Below, in pieces: positions 25,815 through 34,716 of a DNA stretch of 44,274 nucleotides. The DNA is from a virus. Its lineage: Duplodnaviria; Caudoviricetes. The DNA is taken from the IMG/VR virus record IMGVR_UViG_3300028585_000515, positions 1 through 44,274 of that record; one strand, 5' to 3'. How positions within the stretch are numbered: the first letter of the stretch is position 1; every line of letters begins with the position of its first letter. Made by a program: the position numbers and the translations under genes. A model generated the notes under the pieces. That model did no database searches and was not told the DNA's origin. It saw only the letters and a program-made list of their open reading frames with translations.

Positions 25815-26300
25815 TTAAGACAATTTATTTTTTCCCGTCAGTATAAATGAGATTGCTTGTTCTAGCAGAAACATTCGATCGGCCTCTGTTGATCCAAGGA
25901 TCTCTCGCTTCGGATAGCGGACCTTGGCCTGACCCTTCACTGGCGCATCCTCCCGCCCTTCCTGATGGATCCGTGCGACGCGTGCGGCCGAGCCACTGAA
26001 CCCGATCCACGCTTCAGTATCGGTCGCGCCCGCCTGTAGGTTCTTGCCCAGCCGGAGCTTGCGGAACATCGCGGCGCGTTTGATCCGCCCCTTGCGGCGC
26101 AGCCGCCCCTTCGGCTGATCCTTGGCCTTACGCGGGGCGAACGGCGTCCCGTCCGGCTGCATCTGCGCGGCGATCCGGGTGCGCTGACTCTTCGCGATCT
26201 CGCGCGCCACGGTGCGCAGCAGAGTGCGGCGCTCGGCCGGCGCGATATTGCGCAGGAGCGCGCCCGCCAGATCCTCGAGCTGATCGAGGCCGTCACTCAC
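25815..26300 (-). CDS. gpS: Tail completion / virion morphogenesis protein S
   Basis: RI..Q..PDG.PF.PRK...MFRKLR...ARVARIHQ.G...YP.RE.LG. Confidence 0.92.
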   Translation of the reverse strand: MSDGLDQLEDLAGALLRNIAPAERRTLLRTVAREIAKSQRTRIAAQMQPDGTPFAPRKAKDQPKGRLRRKGRIKRAAMFRKLRLGKNLQAGATDTEAWIGFSGSAARVARIHQEGREDAPVKGQAKVRYPKREILGSTEADRMFLLEQAISFILTGKNKLS

Positions 26301-26803
26301 GGCGCGGGCGGCAGAAAGGCGGGATCGCGAGTTTCGGCGATCAGTTCATCGCGCAGGAAGAGCTGCCACAGATTCTGGCGGCAGACGCCGGGGAAGCGAT
26401 CCGGCTGGGGCGCGTCGTCGTCGAGATGGACAACGTCGTAGCCGCCGGCGTCGCGCGGGGTCACGCGGACCCGTTCGGTCAGATCGATATCGATGCTGAC
26501 GTCTGCGGACTCTTCGTCCTGGATCTCGGTTTCGAAGGTGAAAGGCTGCTCATCCGCGCGACGGAGCAGATCCGGTTGCTGCTCCGCGATCCATGCGACG
26601 ATCGGGACCATGACCGCGTCCACATTGCCGGCGAACGACAACAGCGTGACGGTCAGTGTGTAGCGATATTCGAACGACAGCGACGCGCCGGCGCGCGCCC
26701 CGATCGCGCCGCGTTCGATCGACATTTGCAGCCGCTCCGGGTTGTCCGCCAGACCGGGGACCGTCTTGAGCAGCAGCCGGCGAAGGCCCTTGGGCTTATT
26801 CAT
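26297..26803 (-). CDS. gpR: Tail completion protein R
   Basis: MNKP..LR..L...VP.L..NPE.L...SLSFEYRY...QPDL...LTERV. Confidence 0.93.
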   Translation of the reverse strand: MNKPKGLRRLLLKTVPGLADNPERLQMSIERGAIGARAGASLSFEYRYTLTVTLLSFAGNVDAVMVPIVAWIAEQQPDLLRRADEQPFTFETEIQDEESADVSIDIDLTERVRVTPRDAGGYDVVHLDDDAPQPDRFPGVCRQNLWQLFLRDELIAETRDPAFLPPAP

Positions 26804-27116
26804 CGGAGATCCTCACGCCATAGCCCCAGCCACGCAGGGTTTCGATCGTCAGCCCCTCGGGGAGCCGCCGGCGCAGGTTGGAGATCGCCACCTTCAACTG
26901 TTCGGGGTTGGTATCTTCGCCGGTGCCGACCAGCGTCAGCCCGAGCGACGTCACGTCGCCACGCTGCGCCATCAGCCCCAGCATCGCGATCTGGCGCGGC
27001 GACAGCTTTATCCTGACCCCCCGCCAGTAGGCGGCGGGGGGATCGGACACGACGGTGAGCGGACCGCGACGATGGGTGCCGCTGCGGACCGCGCCGCATT
27101 CGTGGCAGATGCTCAT
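26796..27116 (-). CDS. Zinc-knuckle plus OmpR/PhoB-type winged-helix protein
   Basis: MSICHECG...LSPRQ..ML..L...LKVAISNLRRRL....IETLRGWGY. Confidence 0.8.
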   Translation of the reverse strand: MSICHECGAVRSGTHRRGPLTVVSDPPAAYWRGVRIKLSPRQIAMLGLMAQRGDVTSLGLTLVGTGEDTNPEQLKVAISNLRRRLPEGLTIETLRGWGYGVRISDE

Positions 27117-29059
27117 CCGGCGTAAGGCTGAATTTGCGGATTGAAGTTCATCAGCGGTGCCTGCGCTGCGATGAAGGCGTGCCCCTCTTGGCTCGGATGC
27201 AGGCCATCGCCGTAGCCGGCGATCTTCCACAGGCCGGTCGACAGATCCTCGACGTCGATGGCGGTATCAATGAACCCGACCAGCGGATGGCTGGCATGGC
27301 CGATGCGAACGCAGGTTGCACCGGCGGCGGTTCCGATTGGCTGCGCCGTCATCGTCGCCGGGTCCAGCGGCGCACCGTCACGACACCAGGCGTTGAATGC
27401 CTGACGGGTCGTGGCATCGTTGGCATAAGCTGGCGCAGTGTTGGTGGCATTCGTCCGGGGGGTCAGTGCGGTCTGATAGACGGGCATATTGCCGCCGCAG
27501 AGCGCTTTCATCGTCACCCAACATGCGATCATCTGACCGTTGACCAGATTGGCATAGGTCTGACCGGCCCCCAGCGCGTTCGTGCCAATTTCCGAAATGA
27601 CGAAGTTCGGACGACACAGATTGATGAACGCCACACGCCGGCTGCGATCATTCAACCAGCCCAAGGTGCCGTCAGACGAAACACCCGTATTGATGTAGGG
27701 GATCGCCAGGCGCGTGAACGTGTGGTTGATGAAGCCGGCTTCGCGATCAGTATAGAATGCAGGCTTATCGCCGCTGCCTACGCCGATGCTGTCCGTGATC
27801 GCCAGCCCCCGCTTGGACGTCGCCGGCACCATGCCGAGTACCGCCGAGGGGCACCAGCCGAACCCTGCCGAATTGGAAGCCGTCAGGTCGATCGTGTCGC
27901 CGGTCTGATCGCTGTTCGGGTTCGCCGGCTTGTAGACGCCGGAGAATTGGTCCCCGTTAAACCCGAAGGTTTTACGGTTCGATCCTTCCCCGAACTCGGT
28001 GTTCGCCACATTGCCGGGATTGCTCCGGACATTGAGCAGCGGGCGGCCGAGTGGCCACTTGCCGCCGGCGTCGACCTCACAATAAGAGCGCGCGAAGATG
28101 GAGGTTTGCGCCGCCACGTCCGGCTGGTTTGGCGGGGTGATGACCCCAAGGCCATCGACCGCGACGGTGATGAGCGCGGAGGTGCCGAGCGATGGCGTGG
28201 CCGAGGTGTTGCCGAGGCGCAGGCCAGCCTTGGTGCGGACCGGGTTCGCGCCGGACACTTCCGGCGGGCGGTTAATGGAATTGACGTAGACGAACCGCAT
28301 GGTGCCGGCCGGGATCGGGTCGGGTCCGACGCGGAATTGCGCCTGCGTGGTTTCGCTCGTCTCGACGCCGTCCGTGAAAAAGCCGCCCGACGTCTGGCCG
28401 GGATACAGGCCCTTGCTGGCTGCCAGCGCCATGATCAGCGGGGGGCCAGTCGCGGGCGCGGCGATCGTCACGACATGGGTGAACAGGGTGGGATTTCCCG
28501 CCCCGTCGATGGCGCGCAGGTTGACGGTGAAGGTGGCCTTGCCGGCATTATAGACCTGCGCGGGCAGCGTGAGCGTGGTGCCGGCCAGCCCGAACAGGTC
28601 GCCGTCCGCGCCGCTGCGCTTCTCGAAGGACACCGCCTCATTGGCGGTGAGGGTCATCGCATAGCCGGTCGAGGCGGCGATCGTCGCGGTCGGCGCCGAC
28701 GTGATCAGCGGCGCGATTTCGTCCACGTTGGTCACGGTGACGGTCACCGCGAAGTTGGTGACGTTGCCGGCGCTGTCCATGGCGACGAGGTTGCAGACCA
28801 AGGCGGTCTTGCCGCCCTCATAGTCCTGCGCTGGCAGCGACAGGGTCGCGCCCGCCAGCGTGAAGGCCGCGCTGTCCGCGCCGGTGCGCTTGGCGAAGCT
28901 GACATTTTCGTCCGCCAGCAGGGTCATCGACCATACGGTATTTTCGCGCGTGGTGGCGGTGAGCGGCGAGGTGATGATCGGCGCGACGCTGTCGACCGGA
29001 GCGACGATGGCGGCGGTGCCACCGATTTCGATCACCTGGATCCCGTGCATATAGGCCAT
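27113..29059 (-). CDS. Protein with two Ig/cadherin-like repeats and a C-terminal SGNH hydrolase domain
   Basis: Two ~90-aa repeats (VDxxAPxITS...DxAGN); SGNH blocks ITDSIG, GVSS, EIGTN, DGLHPS. Confidence 0.85.
   Translation of the reverse strand: MAYMHGIQVIEIGGTAAIVAPVDSVAPIITSPLTATTRENTVWSMTLLADENVSFAKRTGADSAAFTLAGATLSLPAQDYEGGKTALVCNLVAMDSAGNVTNFAVTVTVTNVDEIAPLITSAPTATIAASTGYAMTLTANEAVSFEKRSGADGDLFGLAGTTLTLPAQVYNAGKATFTVNLRAIDGAGNPTLFTHVVTIAAPATGPPLIMALAASKGLYPGQTSGGFFTDGVETSETTQAQFRVGPDPIPAGTMRFVYVNSINRPPEVSGANPVRTKAGLRLGNTSATPSLGTSALITVAVDGLGVITPPNQPDVAAQTSIFARSYCEVDAGGKWPLGRPLLNVRSNPGNVANTEFGEGSNRKTFGFNGDQFSGVYKPANPNSDQTGDTIDLTASNSAGFGWCPSAVLGMVPATSKRGLAITDSIGVGSGDKPAFYTDREAGFINHTFTRLAIPYINTGVSSDGTLGWLNDRSRRVAFINLCRPNFVISEIGTNALGAGQTYANLVNGQMIACWVTMKALCGGNMPVYQTALTPRTNATNTAPAYANDATTRQAFNAWCRDGAPLDPATMTAQPIGTAAGATCVRIGHASHPLVGFIDTAIDVEDLSTGLWKIAGYGDGLHPSQEGHAFIAAQAPLMNFNPQIQPYAG
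28457..28996 (-). repeat. Two tandem ~270-bp Ig/cadherin-like domain repeats (approximate ends)
   Basis: VDSVAPIITSPLTAT..MTLLADENVSFAKRTGAD..LSLPAQDY vs VDEIAPLITSAPTAT..MTLTANEAVSFEKRSGAD..LTLPAQVY. Confidence 0.8.
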
Positions 29060-29064
29060 GGGGT

Positions 29065-29403
29065 TCAGTCTTTCGCGAGAGAGAGGGGGACGCCGGCGCA
29101 GGCGGTGGGATCGTTCCAGTCGATCAGGCGGCGGAGCTGACTGGCGACCGCGGCATAGGCGGAGGCTAAGCGGATCGCGGCGAAGCGGGTGGCGGCTGGC
29201 ATGGTGGCGGTCTCGCCACGCGGGAAGCCGGCGGGTGCCACCGGGCAGGCCAGCAGCTCGGCCGACGGGCGCGTCGGGGTGGCGACCGCAACCGCGACCG
29301 GCGGGCGCGGCAGATTAGCGGGCCGGGTCATGCAGCCCGCCGGCACGATTGAGAGCATCAAACCAGTCGCGACCCACGCGATCGTCCGGACCGACATGCG
29401 CAT
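29065..29403 (-). CDS. Rz1-like outer-membrane spanin lipoprotein
   Basis: Lipobox-like IVPAGC, Pro-rich linker, PSAELLACP; overlaps the 3' end of the Rz-like gene. Confidence 0.7.
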   Translation of the reverse strand: MRMSVRTIAWVATGLMLSIVPAGCMTRPANLPRPPVAVAVATPTRPSAELLACPVAPAGFPRGETATMPAATRFAAIRLASAYAAVASQLRRLIDWNDPTACAGVPLSLAKD

Positions 29404-29824
29404 TGGCATTCTCCATGATGTTGGCGGCGGCGCGTGCATCGCGCGCGGCGCGGGCAGCGGACGCGACATCGTGCGACCGCTTGACGTCCTGTTCGGCGAT
29501 GGCGTCCGCGAGCAGCTTCGCGGTCGATTCGGCGGCGTCGCGGCGGAAGGCGACCAGCGCCCGGATCTCCGCCTCGCACCGCGCACCGCGTGGGAAAACG
29601 GTGGCCTTCTTGGCGGGCGGAACCGGCTCGGCCGAGCTGGCGGGAAATGCCGCCGACGTCGCCGCGCAGGTGCGTTCGGCCCAGCCGAGCAGATGATCGC
29701 GATCGGCGTGGCCCTCCGCCCCCCAAGCGTAGAGCGCGGCGGCGACAGCGGCGACCGCGAGCAGCAGCAGCCACCGGCCGTGACCGGTCACCGTGCCCAG
29801 CGCCAGCTTCATCAGCCGCTTCAC
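29315..29824 (-). CDS. Rz-like inner-membrane spanin
   Basis: N-terminal TM WLLLLAVAAVAAALY and Ala-rich coiled coil; directly after the endolysin. Confidence 0.7.
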   Translation of the reverse strand: MKRLMKLALGTVTGHGRWLLLLAVAAVAAALYAWGAEGHADRDHLLGWAERTCAATSAAFPASSAEPVPPAKKATVFPRGARCEAEIRALVAFRRDAAESTAKLLADAIAEQDVKRSHDVASAARAARDARAAANIMENANAHVGPDDRVGRDWFDALNRAGGLHDPAR

Positions 29825-30297
29825 AGCCCCAGATCCCGGACCATGTCTGCCACCTCGAAACAGGGGCAGCTTTTCAGCCATTCGAATTTGTCGATCTTGC
29901 CGTTGCCGTTCGCATCGGGCGACCAGTCGCGGTGACCGAGGATCCGCGCCCTGGGGAACTGGACCCGCAGCGCCTGCAACAGCAGCGCCATCGATTCACG
30001 CTGGGGGCCAGTGCGCGTGTCGGCGGGCGTCTTCGCGTCCGCCTCGACGCCGCCGACATAGCAGATGCTGATATTGCCGGTGTTATTCTTGGCGACATGC
30101 GCGCCGCGCTGATCGTGGCGCAGCGTCTGCACGACCTTGCCGTCAATCTCGATCACATAGTGATAGCTGACCTGGCCGAACCTGGCCGTGTCCCATTTGG
30201 AGATGGTCGCGGCCTTCACGTCGCGCCCGCGCGGGGTGGCCGCGCAGTGGATCGTGATGGCGGTGATCGCCTTCGGGTTCATCCAAGCGACGGACAT
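29821..30297 (-). CDS. Endolysin, N-acetylmuramoyl-L-alanine amidase (Amidase_2, T7-lysozyme-like)
   Basis: ITIHCAAT, SYHYVI, GAHV..NN..ISICYVGG, ILGHRD, KSCPCF. Confidence 0.93.
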   Translation of the reverse strand: MSVAWMNPKAITAITIHCAATPRGRDVKAATISKWDTARFGQVSYHYVIEIDGKVVQTLRHDQRGAHVAKNNTGNISICYVGGVEADAKTPADTRTGPQRESMALLLQALRVQFPRARILGHRDWSPDANGNGKIDKFEWLKSCPCFEVADMVRDLGL

Positions 30298-30644
30298 CAG
30301 GCCGCGTCCTTCTTCTTGGCGAACCAGTCGCGCACGACGGTGGGGAGGGAGACGATCGCGTCGATCAGGGCGGCGGCGAATTTGGGCGCGGCCTTGTAGG
30401 CGATCATGGCCAGCACGAAGCCGACCGACTGCGATACGAACTGATCGAAATGCAGCCACGAGGTCAGGCCGAGCGTGACATAATAAGAGACGAGGATCCC
30501 GACGACATAGGCGATCATGCGGTCGCGCCAGTCCATCCCGCGCTCGTAGAGCTGGGCGACCAGCGAACCGAGCGCGGCCGGCGCGAGCGCCGAACAGGCC
30601 GCTTTCAGGGCGTCGGCGATGTCGGTGAGGAAGGGCGTGGCCAT
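30297..30644 (-). CDS. Putative holin
   Basis: 115 aa, 2-3 TM helices, basic C-terminus AKKK, lies between X and the endolysin. Confidence 0.75.
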   Translation of the reverse strand: MATPFLTDIADALKAACSALAPAALGSLVAQLYERGMDWRDRMIAYVVGILVSYYVTLGLTSWLHFDQFVSQSVGFVLAMIAYKAAPKFAAALIDAIVSLPTVVRDWFAKKKDAA

Positions 30645-30648
30645 GATG

Positions 30649-30864
30649 TCAGTCCCAGAGGTTCACGACGTCGCGGATCGCGGCGGCGGGGGCGGATGCG
30701 GGGATCCGGATGGCGGTGCCGATCGGCAGGATGGCCCCGAGCTGCGCGACGCCGGGGTTGGCATCGAGCAGCGCGCCGAGATTGGCGGGGCCGAGGCCGC
30801 GTTCGCGCCAGACCAGTTCGTCGAGCGTGTCGCCCTGGCGCGCATGGATGACGTCGTCGGCCAT
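30649..30864 (-). CDS. gpX: Tail protein X
   Basis: A.QGDTLD.L.WR..G...ANPG.A..G..LP.G...VNLWD. Confidence 0.93.
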   Translation of the reverse strand: MADDVIHARQGDTLDELVWRERGLGPANLGALLDANPGVAQLGAILPIGTAIRIPASAPAAAIRDVVNLWD

Positions 30865-31370
30865 CAGATCAGTTCGACCGTCGTGCGGCCCCGGCCGACC
30901 AGATCGCGGATCGCGTGGCGTCCGTCGCGGCGCAGATCGTCAGGGGTCTGGTCGAGCGCATCGGCCTTGCGGTCGCCGCCGGCGGTGGTGTCGATGTCGC
31001 GGTAGCGCTCGACCAGTTCGGCCTTGGCGAAGCAGGCGATGGCACGGGCGTAGAGGATGACGTTGCGGCTGCGCCCGTCGAGCATGGGCGCGGGGATCGC
31101 CGCAAGCGAGGGATGGCCTTCGGCGGTTCGCGCGGCCTGCCATGCGATCAAATCGTTGCCGACGGTGATCGCCGCGCCCAGCGCCGCTGCGCGCAGGCGC
31201 TCCGGGGTGACGGACTCGCGCACGCGGATCTCGCGGCGCAGGGTTGTCAGATCGATGTCGGGGAGCCAGCCGTCATTGACGATCGGGACGTCGACGGTCA
31301 CCGCCGGCGGTGGCACCACCGATGTCGCGATATCGCTCGTCGCGTCGCCCGTGTAGACGAAGCTGGTCAT
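30864..31370 (-). CDS. gpL: Head completion protein L
   Basis: NDGW.PDIDL...VT.ERLR...LY.RA...AKA.L.ERYRD.D.T...R.TVELI. Confidence 0.93.
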   Translation of the reverse strand: MTSFVYTGDATSDIATSVVPPPAVTVDVPIVNDGWLPDIDLTTLRREIRVRESVTPERLRAAALGAAITVGNDLIAWQAARTAEGHPSLAAIPAPMLDGRSRNVILYARAIACFAKAELVERYRDIDTTAGGDRKADALDQTPDDLRRDGRHAIRDLVGRGRTTVELI

Positions 31371-31579
31371 CCGAACAGGATCGCGCCGAGACGGTCACCG
31401 GCGAGAACGAACAGGCCAAGGCCGATGACGATGCCGGCGACCGCCGTGCAGTGCGCAGCAACGCGCCGGTCCGCCGGGACATCGATGCCGCCCGCGCAGA
31501 GGACGGTGGCGACGCCGACGACCTGCACGGCCGACAGTATCAGGAACAGCAACAAGAGGGCGGCAGTGACGACGGTCAT
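31367..31579 (-). CDS. Small two-TM protein inserted between M and L
   Basis: Two hydrophobic helices; AGGA RBS; ATGA coupling with L. Confidence 0.55.
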   Translation of the reverse strand: MTVVTAALLLLFLILSAVQVVGVATVLCAGGIDVPADRRVAAHCTAVAGIVIGLGLFVLAGDRLGAILFG

Positions 31580-31694
31580 GGGATCGGTCCTGAAATCATA
31601 CGGGGGTGGGGATCGGGACGGTTGCGGCCCTCAAGGCCGAAGCCTCCTCCCGCATCGTGCGATCCGCCCCCGAGCGCCGGGGGGGCGAGCTGGT

Positions 31695-32600
31695 TCAAGC
31701 GGCCGGTGGGGCCGTGTGTTCGGGTGCCGGCGGGGCCGGCGGAAAGACGGGGGCGGTTACCGCAAGCGCCTTTTCGAGGCGCTTGACATGACCCTTCACG
31801 CCACTGCGGTCGTGCAGCTCCTGCGCACGCCGGAGCGGGTGCAAGGCGCGTTCGGCCATGGCCCGATATTCGGGGCCGGCGGCGTCCAGCGTGTCGGACT
31901 GGCGGAGGATCTCGACGCCGATCGCCTTCATGAGCTTGGCGCGGATCTCGTCATGCATGTCGGCATGGCCGGTCAGTTCGTCGACGCGCTCGAGGATTTC
32001 GAGCGGGAAAGGCTTGTCCGCCGCCTGTGCCTTCAATGCCGCCTCAGCGATATCCTCGGCGATCAGCGCCGGGGCCGAACGCGCATAGCGCGCGGGGAGC
32101 GGGATATCGTGACGCAGGACATATTCGGCGAGCGGAAGCGCCCCCGCATAATCGCCGGCATCGATCCGCCAGATCATCACGACGGGCAGCACTTCGCCCG
32201 TCACCGCATGATCGCTGTCCTCGGCTGCGGTGAGGATCCCTTCGATCCATGTCGCATATTCGGGCAGCAGTTCGTCGCGCTTGATCTCGGCGCGGCGTTC
32301 GATCGAGGCGACCTCCTTCAGCCGGCGCAGATCGTGGCGCAGGCGCAGGCGCATCTGCGCTTCGATCCCGTTCGCCGGCGGTCGCGCCAGCGGGTCGCCC
32401 TCGCTGCTTTCCGACATGTCCACCGCTTCCGCGGCGGCGTGCAGGACGCGGTGGAGCTGCGCCGGCGAATGATCGTTCTGGATGAGGATCCCCGTCATAT
32501 CCTCGGCGCTCGACAGGTCGAGGCCGAGGATGACGGGTTCGCCCGCCGCCCCGGCAAGGAGGGCGGCGACGCGTTCGCGGTGCTGGCGGGCCGGACTCAC
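31695..32600 (-). CDS. gpM: Terminase small / endonuclease subunit M
   Basis: SPARQH...KR.ELLP.Y..W..G...MIWRIDAGD...AL..A.Y.L.H...DM.DE.RAKL.KA.G...GVK. Confidence 0.92.
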   Translation of the reverse strand: MSPARQHRERVAALLAGAAGEPVILGLDLSSAEDMTGILIQNDHSPAQLHRVLHAAAEAVDMSESSEGDPLARPPANGIEAQMRLRLRHDLRRLKEVASIERRAEIKRDELLPEYATWIEGILTAAEDSDHAVTGEVLPVVMIWRIDAGDYAGALPLAEYVLRHDIPLPARYARSAPALIAEDIAEAALKAQAADKPFPLEILERVDELTGHADMHDEIRAKLMKAIGVEILRQSDTLDAAGPEYRAMAERALHPLRRAQELHDRSGVKGHVKRLEKALAVTAPVFPPAPPAPEHTAPPAA

Positions 32601-32602
32601 GA

Positions 32603-33655
32603 TCAGACCTTCGGCGACAGCTGGATATTTTCGATCAGGCAGGCCTTGCCATATTCCTCGATCATGAAGGCGTCATTGATGCTTTCATAATTCTCGATCT
32701 GGTCGAGCGCCGGCTCTTCCTTCACATGGCGGCGCGCCGATCCGATCTGCCAGTAATAAGACAGGTTCTTGAGGCTGGTGATCAGGATGGCGTTGGCTGG
32801 GAAGAACGGCACCTGCATCGTCGGTTTGCCGCCGAGCTGACGGCTCGACAAGATCACATCGCGCGCGACCTGCTCGGTCGCCTTGTCGCCGGCGGCGCTG
32901 ATGATCTTGAAATATTTGTCCTGCACCAGATCGCTGCCGACGATCACGACCAGATCGGTCGCGGTCCGGAATTGTTCGGCGAGCAGATTATGGATCGCGT
33001 CGAACACCAGCGCGTCGAGATTCGCATAATCGGCCGTGCCGCTGTCCGCGACATAGATTTTGAGATTGTCCTTGGTCCCGTGCGTCATGACGCGCGCGCC
33101 GGCATAGGTGCGCAGCTTGTAGAGCCAGCCCCAATTAACGTCCTGCAACAGCGGGAACGCATTGCGATCGGTCTGGAGCGCCGCATTGACGCCGTTGAAC
33201 CCAATGGTGATGACGTCCGCCGCCTTCTGCATGATGACGGCATCGCGGCAGAGCTGCTGGAACTCCGGACGATGCGCCCAGGCATCGAGCAGGCCATAGC
33301 TCCACGCATAGTCGTAATCGGTCTTCTTGCAGAAATACTGGTCGATCGCGTCGCTGCCGGTCGGATCGGTGGGCGTCCGGCGGTTGTTCAGCGCCCGGTT
33401 GGTGCGGCTGGCGAGCGAACGGTTGATCCCGACGCCGACGCGCGCGCCCTGCTGGGCGGGGACGGGAACGATGTTGATCCGCGACATGAAGTCGCTCTGC
33501 AACGCCAGCCTGGCCTGCAACTTCTGTTCGATAACGGGCGAGACCGCGAACTGCATCAACTGGCCGGGAACCGCGGTGAAGTCGTTTCCGAGGCCGTTCA
33601 GCTTCGCGATTTCGCCGATATAATGATTGAAGACGACGCGGGTGTTGTTCTGCAT
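32603..33655 (-). CDS. gpN: P2-family major capsid protein N
   Basis: F.V.P...Q.L....Q.S.F...IN...LDAWA...F...IGFNG...P.LQDVN.GWL...PFFP...T.L.NLS.Y. Confidence 0.96.
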   Translation of the reverse strand: MQNNTRVVFNHYIGEIAKLNGLGNDFTAVPGQLMQFAVSPVIEQKLQARLALQSDFMSRINIVPVPAQQGARVGVGINRSLASRTNRALNNRRTPTDPTGSDAIDQYFCKKTDYDYAWSYGLLDAWAHRPEFQQLCRDAVIMQKAADVITIGFNGVNAALQTDRNAFPLLQDVNWGWLYKLRTYAGARVMTHGTKDNLKIYVADSGTADYANLDALVFDAIHNLLAEQFRTATDLVVIVGSDLVQDKYFKIISAAGDKATEQVARDVILSSRQLGGKPTMQVPFFPANAILITSLKNLSYYWQIGSARRHVKEEPALDQIENYESINDAFMIEEYGKACLIENIQLSPKV

Positions 33656-33706
33656 GGAGAGGCTCCGGAAACGGGGAATTGGGGAGGCGGCGAACGGTCG
33701 CCGGGA

Positions 33707-34549
33707 TCAGCAGTCGGTGGCGTATTGCGCGTCGGTCAGCGTGCCGGTGGCGGGCGGGCGGCTGAAACCGGAAGCGTCGGTCTGTTCGATGCGCGTTTTC
33801 AGCGTTCCGAATTCGGTGCGCACCGCGTCGATATCCGCCGCCTGCTTTTCGCCGAGCGCCACGATGCTGGCGTTGATCAGGCCGAGGCCCTCGCGCATCT
33901 GGCGCGCAAATTCATTGTCGTTCGCGGCTGCGGGCGGGTTGGCGTTCGCGGGAACAGGCGGCGTGGTGACGGGCGTCGCGCCGCCGCCCATCATCTGCGT
34001 GAAAAAGGCTTTCATCGCGGAGAATGCGCCGGCGCTGGGGTCGGCCGGGTCCGTCTGAAAGCCGAAATCGACCGGATCGGCACCGGCGGTGAACAGGGTG
34101 CCGGGTGACGTGCGCGAAAATTGCAGCGCCTGCGTGCCGATGCTCGCCGGCGTGTCGGTGAAGGCGAGACCGATCAGGCCGACCTTGCCGCAACCCGCAT
34201 AGGACGGGGTCAGCTCGACGGACGGGAACGGCTTCTGATCATTGGCCGCGAGCTGCACCAGCTGGGCATTGCCATCGACCTGCGCATAGAGCGCCTTGCG
34301 CTTCTCGACCTTGCCGTTGATCGTGATGTCATCGACCTGCGCCTTGACGGCGGTGACCGTGCCATAGCCGTTGAAGGGCGGCTCGGGGCTGTAGCCGGCA
34401 ATATGCTCGATATTGATGCGCGGCGCATAGGTGGCGACGTTGAACGTCGAGACCACCTCGTCGATCATCTCCGGCGTGATCTGGCGTCCGTCGCTGATCG
34501 TATTGCCTGCGACGAAGCAGCGGAAGAACTGGCTTTTCTTTACGGCCAT
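33707..34549 (-). CDS. gpO: Capsid scaffolding protein / protease O
   Basis: S.FFR..V.G.T.SDGR...Y..RIN.EH...QK.F.S.E...L.GLA.TD.PAS.GT..L.FS. Confidence 0.95.
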   Translation of the reverse strand: MAVKKSQFFRCFVAGNTISDGRQITPEMIDEVVSTFNVATYAPRINIEHIAGYSPEPPFNGYGTVTAVKAQVDDITINGKVEKRKALYAQVDGNAQLVQLAANDQKPFPSVELTPSYAGCGKVGLIGLAFTDTPASIGTQALQFSRTSPGTLFTAGADPVDFGFQTDPADPSAGAFSAMKAFFTQMMGGGATPVTTPPVPANANPPAAANDNEFARQMREGLGLINASIVALGEKQAADIDAVRTEFGTLKTRIEQTDASGFSRPPATGTLTDAQYATDC

Positions 34550-34648
34550 GGCGGGCGGTTCCTTCGGGGCGGTCGGCGGATGGACCCCGTAGGGTCTTCG
34601 GTGCGCCGAAAAGGCCCCGATCCCCGTCGCTTCTCAAGGCGCTGGTCG

Positions 34649-34667
34649 GGTAGAGTGCGTCTCTACC
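34649..34667 (+). promoter_or_regulatory. Late-promoter activator box, copy 3 (divergent O/P gap, oriented toward P)
   Basis: GGTAGAG-TGCGT-CTCTACC. Confidence 0.8.
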
Positions 34668-34716
34668 GTAGCGCGCCCTGATATGGGCTTCGCGATCGTG
34701 GCTAGGTTCCGCCGCC

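Noticed and set aside
16099-34667. Palindromic repeats as CRISPR repeats, REP elements or invertase sites
   Set aside because: Only three dispersed copies, no spacers, cas genes or invertase; their fixed distance to late genes fits activator sites
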